Assembly (NCBI GenBank): GCA_965221125.1
Contig: CBDCRW010000007.1
Coordinates: 736,001-800,000, forward strand
Direction of reading: 5' to 3'
DNA length: 64,000 bases
From: Alphaproteobacteria bacterium
GTDB lineage: Bacteria; Pseudomonadota; Alphaproteobacteria; UBA828
Shown here one piece after another: positions 38,065 through 49,225 of this stretch (positions are counted from its first letter, which is position 1; each line of letters starts with the position of its first letter). Made by a program: the position numbers and the translations under genes. Below the pieces are notes generated by a model that had not been told where the DNA came from, ran no database searches, and worked only from the letters and a program-made list of their open reading frames with translations.

Positions 38065-38949
38065 ATGGACCGGATCGTCGACTCCCACCACCACATCTGG
38101 CGTCAGCAGGATCTGCCGTGGCTTCTCGGCCCGATGCAGCCCCGCATCTTCGGCCCCTACGAGCCGATCCGCCGCGACTACGCCATCGAGGAATACCTGG
38201 GCGACATCGCCGGCAGCGGCGTTGCGCAGTCGATCTACGTGCAGGCCAATTGGGCGCCCGAGCGCGCCGTGGACGAGGTGGCGTGGGTGCAGGCGGAGGC
38301 TGACCGGACGGGCTATCCCCACGCCATCGTCGGTTACGCCGATCTGCGGGATGCTGACGTCGGCGACGTCCTCGAAGCACAGAGCCAGTACCCGCTGCTG
38401 CGCGGCATCCGCATGCAACTCCACTGGCACGAGAACGAGCAGTACCGCTTCGCCGTCGGGCCGGCGGTGATGAACGACGCGGCACTGCGCCGCAACGTGG
38501 ACCTCTTGGCAAGGCACGACCTCGTCTTCGAGCTTCAGGTCTTCACCGAGCAAATGGAGGATGGCGCCTCCTTCGCCGGGGCGTTTCCCGACGTGCCGAT
38601 GGTGCTTGCCCACTGCGGTATGCCCGAGGACCTGACGCCGGAGGGCTGGCACGCCTGGCGCAAGGGGATGGAACGGCTCGCCGCCGTGCCCAGCGTCTTC
38701 GTGAAGCTCTCGGGCCTTGGCACGTTCGTTCATTGTCTCGACGAGGCGCATATCACGCGCACGGTGCGAGAGACCGTTGAGCTCTTCGGACCCGAACGCT
38801 GCCTCTGGGGCAGCAACTTCCCGATCGAAAAACTCTGGACCGATTACGCGAGCCTCGTCGAGGGCTACCGGAAGGCGCTGGCCCGTTTGAGCCCGGCGGC
38901 TCGGGAAGCGATTTTTTGCGGCACCGCGCGGCGGCTGTATCGGCTTTAG
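38065..38949 (+). CDS. Amidohydrolase_2 family (sugar-lactonase-like)
   Basis: VDSHHHIW, RGIR, LAHCGMP, VKLSG, WGSNFP; alternative start 38053. Confidence 0.88.
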   Translation: MDRIVDSHHHIWRQQDLPWLLGPMQPRIFGPYEPIRRDYAIEEYLGDIAGSGVAQSIYVQANWAPERAVDEVAWVQAEADRTGYPHAIVGYADLRDADVGDVLEAQSQYPLLRGIRMQLHWHENEQYRFAVGPAVMNDAALRRNVDLLARHDLVFELQVFTEQMEDGASFAGAFPDVPMVLAHCGMPEDLTPEGWHAWRKGMERLAAVPSVFVKLSGLGTFVHCLDEAHITRTVRETVELFGPERCLWGSNFPIEKLWTDYASLVEGYRKALARLSPAAREAIFCGTARRLYRL

Positions 38950-39004
38950 CCGACGTGGGGGTGCTATCGCCGAAGCGAGAAGAGCAGATACGAAAGGAAC
39001 GGTA

Positions 39005-39409
39005 ATGGCGATCCAACGCGTGCTGACGCCCCATGTGCCCGAGCCGGCGCCCGGCCTCTGGTCCAACTGCCTGCGCCACGGCAACAACGTCTATGTCGCG
39101 GGCCTCGTGGCGGTGGATGCGGACTTCAACGTGCTCGCCGTGGGCGATCCGGGCGAACAGTCGCGCATCATCTTCCGCAGCATCCGCCACTATCTCGAGG
39201 CGGCGGGCGGGAGCCTCGCCGACGTGGTCCGCATGCGGATCTATCTTTCGAACCTGGAGCGCGACCGCCCTGCGTTCCTGGCCGCGCGGCAGGAGTTCTT
39301 CACTGGCAACTTCCCGTGCTCCACGCTGGTTGAGGTCTCGGCGCTGGTCTCGCCGGAGATGCTGGTCGAGGTCGATGCCGATGCGATCATCGGCGCCGGC
39401 ACGGCATAG
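39005..39409 (+). CDS. Rid (YjgF/YER057c/UK114) family protein
   Basis: VYVAG, AGGSLADVV, PCSTLVEVSAL, VEVDA. Confidence 0.88.
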   Translation: MAIQRVLTPHVPEPAPGLWSNCLRHGNNVYVAGLVAVDADFNVLAVGDPGEQSRIIFRSIRHYLEAAGGSLADVVRMRIYLSNLERDRPAFLAARQEFFTGNFPCSTLVEVSALVSPEMLVEVDADAIIGAGTA

Positions 39410-39487
39410 CATCGGGCGCACGGCATGATAGAGTCTGTTCGCCGCCGGGCGAGAGCGAGGCGTATTGTCGCAAAGGGAGGGAATGGG

Positions 39488-40384
39488 ATGATCGAGGTCA
39501 ATTCACCGCGGCTGCTGGATCTCGTGGCCGAAGATGCAGCTGTCGACCAGGTTTGCACGGGCTTTGTTTTTACCGAAGGGCCGATCTGGCACCCCCAAGA
39601 GCAATGCCTCTATTTCAGTGACATCCCGGCGGATACGCGCCGGCGTTGGAGCGCGGCGGATGGGGCGAGCGACGTGCGCCACCCCAACAACAAGGGCAAC
39701 GGCATGACGCTGGATGCCGACCTGAATCTCTACATCTGCGAGCACGTGACCAGCGTGCTGGCGCGCGAGACACCGTCCGGCGAGCGCCAGGTTCTTGCCT
39801 CGCATTACAACGGCAAGGAGCTGAACAGCCCCAACGACGTGGTCGTGAAATCCGACGGCTCGGTCTACTTCTCCGATCCGTGGTACGGGCGCATGCCGGT
39901 CTACGGTCTGGAGCGCGAGCGGGAGCTGGGCTTCCAGGCGGTCTTCCGCATCGCGCCCAACGGTGAGCTTCACTGCGAGGTCGATGACTTCGATCAGCCG
40001 AACGGCCTCTGCTTCTCGCCCGACGAGAGCATCCTCTACATCAACGACACCACGCGCGCCCACATCCGGGTGTTCGACGTGGGCTCCGACGGCTCGCTCT
40101 CCAACGGGCGCATGTTCGCCGAGAACGTCGGCGACGGCGTGCTGGAGAACGGCGTGGTCGACGGCATGAAATGCGATGAGCACGGCAACGTCTACGTAAC
40201 CGGCCCGCGCGGCTTCTGGGTCTTCGCGCCGGACGGCGAGCATCTCGGCGTCATCGGGGTGCCCGAGCACTCGGCCAACCTCAACTGGGGCGGCAGCGGG
40301 TGGAACGAGCTCTATTGCACGTGCTCGACCTCGGTCTATCGGATCGCGCTCAAGGTGGCCGGCAACCGCCTGGCCTACATGTAG
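39488..40384 (+). CDS. SMP-30/gluconolactonase family protein
   Basis: FTEGPIW, FSDIP, LNSPNDVV, QPNGLCFSPD, DGMKCD. Confidence 0.92.
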   Translation: MIEVNSPRLLDLVAEDAAVDQVCTGFVFTEGPIWHPQEQCLYFSDIPADTRRRWSAADGASDVRHPNNKGNGMTLDADLNLYICEHVTSVLARETPSGERQVLASHYNGKELNSPNDVVVKSDGSVYFSDPWYGRMPVYGLERERELGFQAVFRIAPNGELHCEVDDFDQPNGLCFSPDESILYINDTTRAHIRVFDVGSDGSLSNGRMFAENVGDGVLENGVVDGMKCDEHGNVYVTGPRGFWVFAPDGEHLGVIGVPEHSANLNWGGSGWNELYCTCSTSVYRIALKVAGNRLAYM

Positions 40385-40394
40385 GAGGGGACCC

Positions 40395-41006
40395 ATGGCC
40401 TTCGAACTGGACCCCGCGCACAGCGCGCTCATCATCCAGGATCTGCAGAACGACGTGATCGCGGAAGGCGGCGCCTTCGCCGATTCCGGCGCGCCGGCCC
40501 ATGCCCAGTCGCAGAACGTGGTGGAGAACGTGAAGTCTCTCGCCGCGGCCGCGCGTGAGGCCGGCATGGCGGTGATCCACGTCCACTACGTCGTCGAGGA
40601 AGGGGCGCCGGGACTGAAGTTGAACGCGCCGCTCTTCCAGGGCGTTGCCGAGGCCAAGGCGCTGGTGCGCGGCACCTGGGGTGTTGCTGCGGTGGCCGGG
40701 CTCGGGCCGCAGGCGGGCGACCTGGTGGTCGAGAAGATGCGCATGAACGCGTTTCACGACACGCATCTCGAGACGATCCTCAAGGGCCTCGGCGTGGACA
40801 CCATCGTGATATCCGGCGCGTGGACCAATTTCTCGGTCGAGCACACCGCGCGACACGGTGCCGATGCGGGCTATCGCGCCATCGTGCTCACCGACGGGAC
40901 GTCCACCATCAGCGACGAGTGGCACAACGCCGGCCTCAACTACGCGCTGGAGAATATCGCCGAGCGCGTGACCTGCGCCGAGGTCGAAGCCGCGCTCAGG
41001 GGCTGA
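40395..41006 (+). CDS. Isochorismatase/cysteine hydrolase family protein (Ser at the nucleophile position)
   Basis: QDLQND, EKMRMNAF, GAWTNFSVEHTAR. Confidence 0.88.
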   Translation: MAFELDPAHSALIIQDLQNDVIAEGGAFADSGAPAHAQSQNVVENVKSLAAAAREAGMAVIHVHYVVEEGAPGLKLNAPLFQGVAEAKALVRGTWGVAAVAGLGPQAGDLVVEKMRMNAFHDTHLETILKGLGVDTIVISGAWTNFSVEHTARHGADAGYRAIVLTDGTSTISDEWHNAGLNYALENIAERVTCAEVEAALRG

Positions 41007-41019
41007 ACGCCTCGGGGCG

Positions 41020-41865
41020 TCAGTCGGCCAGCGGTGCCAGGAGGTCGTTGCGGCCGCCGAGGAAGTTGACCACCACCCGCATGTTCTCTTCGGTGTTGTC
41101 GAAGAGCGTCGAGTGGTTCGAGCCCCGGATCACGTGCTTGATGGCGTTCGGGATGTTCTCGGCGAGCCACGTCTGGCCTGCGCCGGTCTCGCCCACCTCC
41201 CACGGCGTCATGATGTCCTCGTCGCCGCCGATAACGAGCGTCGGCGCCTTGATCTGGGCGGCGTAGGGCCTGAGGTCCATCTCCATCATCGCGCGGCATG
41301 CCCGCTGATAGACCTCCCTGCGGTTCGAGCGCTCCAGGATGTCCTGAATCATGTCGACAGCGCCGGGGCCGTTCGGCCCGTCGAGGAATTTCCGCGATAG
41401 CGCCTGGACCGCGATCAGCTCGGCAAGGGTGCGGCTGCCGCAGCCATATGCTTCCGAGATGTCGATCCAGTTCTGGAAGGTGAGGCGGCCGGCCAGGTCG
41501 AGCTTCGCGGCCGAGCAATTGATGATGAGCCGGTCGGTTCGGTCGGCATATTTCGCTCCGAAAACCTGGGCGATCATCCCGCCCATGGATGTGCCGTGGA
41601 TGTGGGCGCGCTCGATCTTCAGCGCGTCCATGAGGCCGGCGACATCGTCGGCCCACACCTCCATGTCGTAGGGCTGGATGGGTTTGTCCGACTGCCCGTA
41701 GCCCCGCATGTCGAAGTCGACGCAGCGGAAGTATTTGGACGCGATCGGCGTCGCGGTGGCGAAGTTGAAGTGGCCGAAGCCTGCGCCGTGGATGTGAACC
41801 ACGGGCGCGCCGTCCCCCGTCGTCTCGTACCAGAGCCTTACGCCGTTGACCTCCGCGAACGCCAT
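41020..41865 (-). CDS. Alpha/beta hydrolase
   Basis: DMRGYGQS, GTSMGG, GDED, NH; true start MAFAEVNG at 41865. Confidence 0.88.
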   Translation of the reverse strand: MAFAEVNGVRLWYETTGDGAPVVHIHGAGFGHFNFATATPIASKYFRCVDFDMRGYGQSDKPIQPYDMEVWADDVAGLMDALKIERAHIHGTSMGGMIAQVFGAKYADRTDRLIINCSAAKLDLAGRLTFQNWIDISEAYGCGSRTLAELIAVQALSRKFLDGPNGPGAVDMIQDILERSNRREVYQRACRAMMEMDLRPYAAQIKAPTLVIGGDEDIMTPWEVGETGAGQTWLAENIPNAIKHVIRGSNHSTLFDNTEENMRVVVNFLGGRNDLLAPLAD

Positions 41866-42024
41866 GACCGCCTCCCTCGCCAGCTTGGCCCGCCGTGGGC
41901 GGCCGATCTTACACCGACCCGCGCCGGAATGATGCAGGCCGGCGCCCGATTCTGTTTGCCATCGGGCAACGTTGCGCCCAAAGTCCGGCCGGCGTCGCGC
42001 AGCGAAGACGGGGAGGGGCACGAC

Positions 42025-44334
42025 ATGGCGGAGGACCTGCGCCAAGCGGCGCTCGACTATCACCGCAAGCCCAAGCCGGGCAAGCTCGGCATCCACGCGA
42101 CCAAGCGCATGAACACGCAGCGCGACCTGGCGCTTGCCTACAGCCCGGGAGTGGCTGCCGCGTGCGAGGAGATCGCGAAGGAGCCGGCGCGGGTCTGGGA
42201 CTACACCGCGCGGGCCAACCTGGTCGCGGTGATCAGCAACGGGAGCGCGGTGCTGGGCCTGGGCTCCATCGGCGCACTCGCCTCCAAGCCCGTGATGGAA
42301 GGCAAGGCAGTCCTCTTCAAGAAGTTCGCCAACATCGACGTCTTCGACATCGAGGTCGACGAGGGCGACGTCGACGCGCTGGTGGAGACCGTCGCCCGGC
42401 TGGAGCCGACATTCGGTGCGATCAACCTGGAGGATATCAAGGCGCCCGAGTGCTTCGAGATCGAACGCCGCCTCAAGGAACGACTCAACATCCCGGTGTT
42501 CCACGACGATCAGCACGGCACTGCCATCTGCGTCGCCGCCGCCGCGCTGAACGCGCTCCGGATCGTCGGCAAGGCGCCGGATGCGGCGCGGGTGGTGTGC
42601 TCCGGCGCAGGTGCCGCGGCCATCGCCTGCCTCGACCTGCTGCAAGAGCTTGGTGTGGCTCACGGCAACATCGCGGTGTGCGACAGCAAGGGCGTTGTCC
42701 ATGCGGGCCGGACTGACCTGAACGAGCAGAAGGCGCGCTACGCGATCGCCACCGATGCGCGCACGCTCGACGACGCCATCGCGGGCGCCGATATCTTCCT
42801 CGGCCTGTCCGGCCCCGGCACCATGACCCAGGGGATGGTGCGGAGCATGGGCGAGAGGCCCATCATCCTCGCGCTTGCGAACCCGACGCCCGAAATCATG
42901 CCGGAGGACGTGCTTGCCGCGCGGCCCGACGCGATCATCGCGACTGGGCGCTCGGATTATCCCAACCAGGTCAACAACGTCCTCTGCTTCCCGTTCATCT
43001 TCCGGGGCGCGCTCGATTGCGGCGCGACCGAGATCAACACGGCCATGAAGCTCGCCTGCGTGCGCGCGATCGCCGACCTGGCGACCGCGGAGTCCTCCGA
43101 TGTGGTGGCGGCGGCCTACGGCGACCAGTCGCAGAAATTCGGTCCCGACTACATCATCCCCAAGCCCTTCGATCCGCGCCTGATCGAGACCGTGCCGGTC
43201 GCCGTGGCCGAGGCGGCGATGGAGAGCGGAGTCGCGGCCCGGCCGATCGCGGACCTCGACGCCTACCGGGCCGAGCTCGCGGGCCTCGTGTTCCGCACCG
43301 GCTATCTGATGAAGGTGGTGCTGGACCAGGCCAAGAAAGCGCCGCAGCGCGTGGCCTACGCCGCCGGCGAGGACGAGCGCGTGCTGCGCGCCGCCCAGCA
43401 GGCGGTCGACGAGGGCATTGCGCGCCCGGTCCTGATCGGCCGGCCATCCCGCATCGAGGAGCGCATTGACCGGCTCTCGCTCCGCATACGGCCGGGGAGC
43501 GATGTGGAGGTCGTCGACCCGCAGCGCTACGAGAGATACGAGGACTACTGTCGGCTCTACCACGAGCTGATGGGGCGCCGCGGCGTCGCGCCTGCGGCGG
43601 CCCGCACGACACTGCGCAATCAACCCACGGCGATCGCCTCGATGATGGTGCGGACGGGCGACGCCGAGGCAGTTCTGGCCGGGCCGGCCCCGCGCTTCCG
43701 GCCTGAACTCAAGCACGTGCTCGACGTCATCGGGCTCCGTTCAGGCGCCGACTCGGCGGCGGCGCTGCAGGTGCTGATCCTGAGCAAGGGGGTGTTCTTT
43801 ATCGCGGACACCGATATCACCGAGGACCCAAGCCCGTCGCAGCTCTGCCAGTCGGCGGTGCTGGCGGCGGAGCAGGTCCGCCGCTTCGGCATGACGCCGA
43901 AGATCGCGTTGTTGTCGGCGTCCAATTTCGGCAGCAACGACCTGGCAGCCTCGGTGAAGATGCGTGAAGCGCTGCGTCTTCTGCACGAGCGCGCGCCCGG
44001 CGTGGAGGCGGAGGGAGAAATGAACGCCGACGCTGCGCTCGACGAGGCGGTTCGTGCGGAGATGTTTCCCAATGCGCGGCTCAAGGGCCAGGCCAACACG
44101 CTGATTCTGCCCGACCTGACTTCAGCCAACATCGCCTACGGCATGCTCAAGGTGCTGGCCAATGGCATCTCGGTGGGCCCGATTCTGCTCGGGCTCGCAG
44201 CGCCGGCTTATGTACTGCATGGGTCCGCCACCACGCGGGGCGTGCTGAACATGACCGCGGTTGCCGCCGTCGAGGCTCAAAGCCGCGCGGGGGAGAGCGG
44301 CATCGCTCGCGCCGCCGCCGACGCGGTTGGCTGA
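42025..44334 (+). CDS. maeB: NADP-dependent malic enzyme with phosphotransacetylase-like domain
   Basis: [44 protein letters not shown]-terminal PTA-like domain. Confidence 0.95.
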   Translation: MAEDLRQAALDYHRKPKPGKLGIHATKRMNTQRDLALAYSPGVAAACEEIAKEPARVWDYTARANLVAVISNGSAVLGLGSIGALASKPVMEGKAVLFKKFANIDVFDIEVDEGDVDALVETVARLEPTFGAINLEDIKAPECFEIERRLKERLNIPVFHDDQHGTAICVAAAALNALRIVGKAPDAARVVCSGAGAAAIACLDLLQELGVAHGNIAVCDSKGVVHAGRTDLNEQKARYAIATDARTLDDAIAGADIFLGLSGPGTMTQGMVRSMGERPIILALANPTPEIMPEDVLAARPDAIIATGRSDYPNQVNNVLCFPFIFRGALDCGATEINTAMKLACVRAIADLATAESSDVVAAAYGDQSQKFGPDYIIPKPFDPRLIETVPVAVAEAAMESGVAARPIADLDAYRAELAGLVFRTGYLMKVVLDQAKKAPQRVAYAAGEDERVLRAAQQAVDEGIARPVLIGRPSRIEERIDRLSLRIRPGSDVEVVDPQRYERYEDYCRLYHELMGRRGVAPAAARTTLRNQPTAIASMMVRTGDAEAVLAGPAPRFRPELKHVLDVIGLRSGADSAAALQVLILSKGVFFIADTDITEDPSPSQLCQSAVLAAEQVRRFGMTPKIALLSASNFGSNDLAASVKMREALRLLHERAPGVEAEGEMNADAALDEAVRAEMFPNARLKGQANTLILPDLTSANIAYGMLKVLANGISVGPILLGLAAPAYVLHGSATTRGVLNMTAVAAVEAQSRAGESGIARAAADAVG

Positions 44335-44345
44335 GTGGGGGCTCC

Positions 44346-45752
44346 GTGGTGCGGCCCGACCAGCCGCCGGAGATCGGCCCCCGGACTGGGCCGGGCGGAC
44401 CCGAGGGCCTCTATGGCCTGACGCCCGAACTTGTCGGTGCCGTGCGGGCAGCGCTGGCGGGTTCGGATGGCGACCGGGTCCGCGCCCTGGTCGCTCCGCT
44501 CCACGAGGCCGACGTTGCCGATCTGATCGAGCGGCTCCGCGCAGGCGAGCGTCGCCGCCTCGTCGCCATTGCCCACGACGTGCTGAGCGGCGACGTGCTC
44601 CCCCATGTCGAGGACGAGATCCGCGAGGAGCTGATCGCGGAGATCGGCGCGGAGCGGGCTGCCGAGGCCATCGCCGATATGGAGAGCGACGACGCCGTCG
44701 CCGTCCTCGAGGACCTCGACGATCCGCAGCGCAAGGAGATTCTGGACGCGATCTCGAGTGAGGAGCGGGCCGGCGTCGCGGAGAGCCTGACCTACCCGGA
44801 GGACAGCGCCGGCCGCCTCATGCAGCGCGAACTGGTGTCGCTGCCGGCTTTCTGGACCGTTGGCCAGACCATCGACCACATGCGCGAGACCGGCGGCGAC
44901 ATGCCGGACGACTTCTACGAGATCTACGTCATCGACCCACACCACCGGCCCATCGGGCGCATTCCCCTGCACCGGCTGCTTCGCACCCGCCGCCCCGTGC
45001 GGCTCCGCGACATCATGGCGACGGACCTGAAGGCGATCCCGGCCGAGACCGATCAGGAGGAGGTGGGCCACGTCTTCGACCAGTACGACCTGGTATCAGC
45101 GCCGGTGATCGGCGAGAGCGGGCGGCTGATCGGCGTCATCACCGTGGACGACGTGGTCGACGTGATCCAGGAGGAGGCGGAGGAGGACATTCTGCGCCTC
45201 AGCGGCGTGAAGGAGCCGGACATCTACCGCGCCGCGCTGCGCACCGCCACCGGCCGCTTCACCTGGCTGCTGGTCAATCTCGGCACCGCGATACTCGCCT
45301 CCCTGGTGATCTACCAGTTCGATGGCACCATCGATCAGATGGTGGCGCTCGCGGTGCTCATGCCGATCGTCGCCTCCATGGGCGGCAACGCAGGCACCCA
45401 GACCATGACCGTGGCGGTGCGCGCCATCGCCACCAAGGACTTGACGACCTCCAACGTGCTCCGAGTGCTGTGGAAAGAGGTGCTGGTCGGCGGCATCAAC
45501 GGCATCGTCTTCGCCATCCTCATCGGTGTGGCCGCCGCAGCTTGGTACGACAACATCGCGCTCGGCATCGTCATCGGTGCGGCGATGATCATCAACATGC
45601 TGGTGGCCGGCTTCTTCGGCCTGGTAATCCCGGCGGCGCTCTGGCGGTTGAAGATCGACCCGGCGACGGCGGCCGGCGTGTTGCTCACCACGGTGACCGA
45701 TGTGGTGGGCTTTCTCGCCTTCCTCGGTCTCGCGGGGATGCTTCTGGTTTGA
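44346..45752 (+). CDS. mgtE: Magnesium transporter MgtE
   Basis: MgtE-N, CBS pair, GVITVDD, MGGNAGTQ, TTVTDVVG. Confidence 0.95.
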   Translation: MVRPDQPPEIGPRTGPGGPEGLYGLTPELVGAVRAALAGSDGDRVRALVAPLHEADVADLIERLRAGERRRLVAIAHDVLSGDVLPHVEDEIREELIAEIGAERAAEAIADMESDDAVAVLEDLDDPQRKEILDAISSEERAGVAESLTYPEDSAGRLMQRELVSLPAFWTVGQTIDHMRETGGDMPDDFYEIYVIDPHHRPIGRIPLHRLLRTRRPVRLRDIMATDLKAIPAETDQEEVGHVFDQYDLVSAPVIGESGRLIGVITVDDVVDVIQEEAEEDILRLSGVKEPDIYRAALRTATGRFTWLLVNLGTAILASLVIYQFDGTIDQMVALAVLMPIVASMGGNAGTQTMTVAVRAIATKDLTTSNVLRVLWKEVLVGGINGIVFAILIGVAAAAWYDNIALGIVIGAAMIINMLVAGFFGLVIPAALWRLKIDPATAAGVLLTTVTDVVGFLAFLGLAGMLLV

Positions 45753-45871
45753 GGCGTCGTTGGCGCCGCCGCTGGCGGAGCCGCAGGGGCGCTGATAAAT
45801 TTCAGGCGCGTTCTTCGCACTCTACGATCCCGCGTGACAGGGAACCGGGATCCACGAAGAGGTGTCGAATC

Positions 45872-46876
45872 ATGTTACATGCCGTGAAACGCGCAGGGGT
45901 CCGCGTCGCCTCTGCGGCGCTGTTCTCGCTCTGCCTGATCGCCCCGGCCGCCGCCGAGACCGAGTGGGACCTGCCCCTCGCCTGGACCGACGGCAACTTC
46001 CACGTGGAAAACGCCAGGACCTTCGCCAAGGTGGTGGGGCAGGTGACCGGAGGCGAGGTCACCATCAACATCCATCCCGGCGGGTCCCTCGGCTTCAAAG
46101 GACCTGAGATGCTGAACGCGGTCGGCGACGGCCTCGTGCCCATCGGCGAGATGCTGCTCAACCAGCAGGTGGGGGAGCGGAAGATTCTCGGGCTGGAGAC
46201 GCAGCCCTATATCATCGAGGACCTCGACCAGCTTGCCATCTTCCACAGGCATTTCCGCCCGGCCATCGAGAGAGTCGCGGCGGAGTACAACCAGAAGGTC
46301 CTCTACGTCGTGCCGTGGCCGCGCCAGTACGTCTACACCAAGGTGGAGGCGAAGGGGGTGACGGACCTCGCCGGCATCAAGATCCGCACCTACAACGACA
46401 CGACGACGGAGATGTTCAACCGCATCGGCATGACCTCGGTACAGCTCCCCTGGGGCGAGGTGGTGCCGTCGCTCGCGGCCGGAACCATCGACGCGGTCAC
46501 GACCTCGGCCAGCTCCGGCGTGGACGGGAAGTTCTGGGAGTTCCTCACGCACATGTACCCGACGAATCATGTCTGGTCGTCGAACATGGTCTCCGTCAAC
46601 CTCGATGCTTGGAACGACCTGGACGACGGACAGCGCCGCGCCATCGAGGCAGCCGCCCGGATGCTCGAGCCTGTGTTCTGGCAGGTCAGCAAGGCGGAGG
46701 ACGCGGCGAAGTCACGGATTCTGAACGAGCGGGGCGTAACGATGGGCCACGTGCCGGCGGCGATGCTGGCCGACATGCAGGCCGCGACCAAGCCGATGCT
46801 GGCCGAGGCGCTGGCGGAACTCGGCGAGGAGGGGCAGGCCATCGTCGACGGCTTCTTCGCCGACATCGGGCGTTAG
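45872..46876 (+). CDS. TRAP transporter substrate-binding protein (DctP family)
   Basis: Signal peptide, HPGGSL, KIR, WGEV, GTIDA. Confidence 0.9.
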   Translation: MLHAVKRAGVRVASAALFSLCLIAPAAAETEWDLPLAWTDGNFHVENARTFAKVVGQVTGGEVTINIHPGGSLGFKGPEMLNAVGDGLVPIGEMLLNQQVGERKILGLETQPYIIEDLDQLAIFHRHFRPAIERVAAEYNQKVLYVVPWPRQYVYTKVEAKGVTDLAGIKIRTYNDTTTEMFNRIGMTSVQLPWGEVVPSLAAGTIDAVTTSASSGVDGKFWEFLTHMYPTNHVWSSNMVSVNLDAWNDLDDGQRRAIEAAARMLEPVFWQVSKAEDAAKSRILNERGVTMGHVPAAMLADMQAATKPMLAEALAELGEEGQAIVDGFFADIGR

Positions 46877-46891
46877 CGGAGTACGGCTCCG

Positions 46892-47497
46892 GTGCCCGGC
46901 GGGCCGTCGTCAGCGCCGGGTTCCGATCGGGATAGCCCGGAGCGGGTAGGGAAGGCCGGCGTCCCGTCCGCCCTCGCGCGGGCTCTCGCCGGCATCGACG
47001 CACTGTCGCGCGCCTGCGGCTACCTCGCGGCGGTGCTGGTGCTGGGAATCGCGGGGCTGATCCTCGCGGAAATCTTCTGCCGCACCGCGCTCAACGTCAG
47101 CCTCTCCTTCGCATGGGAGTACGCGGCGTACTTCTTCGCCGTCTCGATCTTCCTCGCCGCGGCGTTCGCGTTGCGGACGGGCGGCTACGTCAGGGTGATG
47201 CTGCTCTCGCAGAGTATTCCTCCTCGCCTGGCGTACTGGCTCGACGTCGCCGCCACGCTGGCCGGAACCATGATCGCCGGCGTCCTGACCTGGGCGCTCA
47301 CCGCCTTCGCCGCGAGGTCATGGGTGAGCGGCAGCACGTCCGCCACCATCGACGAGACGCCGCTGGTCTATCCGCAGGCGGCGATGGCCTTTGGCGCTGC
47401 GCTGCTCTCGCTTCAGCTCTTGGCCCGGCTCGTCCGGCTCTTCATCGGCGAGCCACCTGAGGACGAGGAAGCGAAGCAGGACTTCGGCACGGGATGA
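46892..47497 (+). CDS. TRAP transporter small permease (DctQ)
   Basis: 4 TM segments, WEYAAY, ALRTGGYVRV; start approximate. Confidence 0.85.
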   Translation: MPGGPSSAPGSDRDSPERVGKAGVPSALARALAGIDALSRACGYLAAVLVLGIAGLILAEIFCRTALNVSLSFAWEYAAYFFAVSIFLAAAFALRTGGYVRVMLLSQSIPPRLAYWLDVAATLAGTMIAGVLTWALTAFAARSWVSGSTSATIDETPLVYPQAAMAFGAALLSLQLLARLVRLFIGEPPEDEEAKQDFGTG

Positions 47498-47501
47498 GGC
47501 C

Positions 47502-48806
47502 ATGACCGTCGCTGCCGCCGGCGCCGTTCTCGGCGTGCTCGCCCTGGTTCTCGGTGCGGGCGTGTGGGTCGGGCTCGCGCTCTACGCCCCCGGTCTGGCG
47601 GGCCTCGCCATCTTCCGCGACTTGCCCGTCGAGAAGCTGCTCGCGCAACTCACCTGGAACGCGACGACCACGCCGGAACTGATCGCGCTTCCGCTCTTCA
47701 TCCTGATGGCGGAAATCCTGTTTCACTCGCGCCTCTCGGCCTCGCTCTTCACCGGATTGGCACCATGGACGACGCGCCTGCCTGGCCGGCTGCTCCACGT
47801 GAACGTGCTCGGCTGCACGATGTTCGCGGCGATCTCGGGCTCTTCGGCCGCGACCACGGCGACGGTCGGCCGCATCACGCTGACGGAACTCCTGCACCGC
47901 GGCTACGACCGCGACCTCGCGATGGGCTCGCTCGCGGGCGCGGGCACGCTGGGTTTTCTCATTCCGCCGAGCATCATCCTCATCATTTACGGCGTGCTGG
48001 CCGAAGCTTCGATCCTCAAGCTCTTCCTCGCCGGCATCGTTCCGGGGCTCATGCTCGCGCTCCTCTACATGACGTGGCTTGGTATCCGCGCGTCGTGGAA
48101 ATCGACGCTCGCGCCGGACGAAAGGGAACGCATGAGCCTCGCCGACAAGCTTCTCGGCCTGCGGCACCTCGGCCCAGTCGTGTTCCTGATTCTCGCGGTG
48201 CTGGGCTCGATGTACGGCGGCATCGCGAGCCCGTCCGAGGCGGCGGCGGTCGGCGTCCTCGGCGCGCTGATCGTGAGCGCCGTACAGGGGACGCTGACCT
48301 GGGAGACGATGCGCAAGGCGAGCCTAGGCGCGGTCCGGACGATCAGCATGATCGGCCTGATCATCGCGGGCGCGTACTTTCTCTCCATCGCCATGGGTTT
48401 TTTGGGCGTGCCCCGCCTGATCGCGGGCGAGATCGCGGCCCTCGATCTCTCGCCCATCGCGCTCATCGTGCTGCTGCTCGTCTTCTACGCGATCCTCGGC
48501 TGCGTGCTCGAGGGCTTATCGAGCATCGTCATGACGCTCCCCATCACGCTGCCCCTCGTGCTCGCGGCAGGGTTCGACAAGATCTGGTTCGGCGTGTTCC
48601 TGGTGATCGTGGTGGAGATGGCGCAGATCACGCCGCCCGTCGGCTTCAATCTGTTCGTAATTCAGGGGATGACGGGCGAGCGGATCGGCCGCATCGCCCG
48701 CGCGACCTTCCCCTTCTTCCTGATCATGGCGGGGCTTGCGCTACTCATCACCTTCGTGCCCGAGGTCGTGACCTTCCTGCCGAACGCCATCCAACTCGGC
48801 AGCTGA
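47502..48806 (+). CDS. TRAP transporter large permease (DctM)
   Basis: ALPLFILM, ISGSSAAT, GTLGFLIPPS, ITPPVGFNL. Confidence 0.93.
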   Translation: MTVAAAGAVLGVLALVLGAGVWVGLALYAPGLAGLAIFRDLPVEKLLAQLTWNATTTPELIALPLFILMAEILFHSRLSASLFTGLAPWTTRLPGRLLHVNVLGCTMFAAISGSSAATTATVGRITLTELLHRGYDRDLAMGSLAGAGTLGFLIPPSIILIIYGVLAEASILKLFLAGIVPGLMLALLYMTWLGIRASWKSTLAPDERERMSLADKLLGLRHLGPVVFLILAVLGSMYGGIASPSEAAAVGVLGALIVSAVQGTLTWETMRKASLGAVRTISMIGLIIAGAYFLSIAMGFLGVPRLIAGEIAALDLSPIALIVLLLVFYAILGCVLEGLSSIVMTLPITLPLVLAAGFDKIWFGVFLVIVVEMAQITPPVGFNLFVIQGMTGERIGRIARATFPFFLIMAGLALLITFVPEVVTFLPNAIQLGS

Positions 48807-48812
48807 AGGGCG

Positions 48813-49217
48813 CTACTCACCCCGCAGCCAGCGGGTCGCTTCCGCAGGCTCGTGGCCGGGGTCGAACTCGAAAAGCTCCAGCAGCACGTCGTCGGGTGCG
48901 GCGCACATGATGTAGCGCCAGGTGCCGAACTCGCGGATCTCGCTGCGAAAGGGCACGCCCGCCGCCTTCAGGCGGGCGACGAGGGCACGCAGGTCGTCGC
49001 TGCGGATGCCGATGTGGTGGACCGCGCCGCGGCCTTCGTCGCGCGGCGGCTGGTCATAGAGGTGAAGCCCGCCGCTGCCGATCCGCATGAAGACGTTGCG
49101 GGAGCCGGCCAGCACCCCGTCGTAGATCAGCTCGCCGCCCAGCATGTCGCGCCACCAGGCGATGGTGGCGTCGATGTCGCGGGCGAAGATATGGACGTGG
49201 TGGAGGTTCTCCGCCAT
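48813..49217 (-). CDS. VOC/glyoxalase family protein
   Basis: LHHVHI, VHHIGI, APDDVLLELFE. Confidence 0.85.
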   Translation of the reverse strand: MAENLHHVHIFARDIDATIAWWRDMLGGELIYDGVLAGSRNVFMRIGSGGLHLYDQPPRDEGRGAVHHIGIRSDDLRALVARLKAAGVPFRSEIREFGTWRYIMCAAPDDVLLELFEFDPGHEPAEATRWLRGE

Positions 49218-49225
49218 GGCGCGAG

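Noticed and set aside
41866-43716. Apparent 898-aa fusion in front of the alpha/beta hydrolase
   Set aside because: The extension is the antisense of maeB; the real start MAFAEV at 41865 has a GGGAGG RBS.
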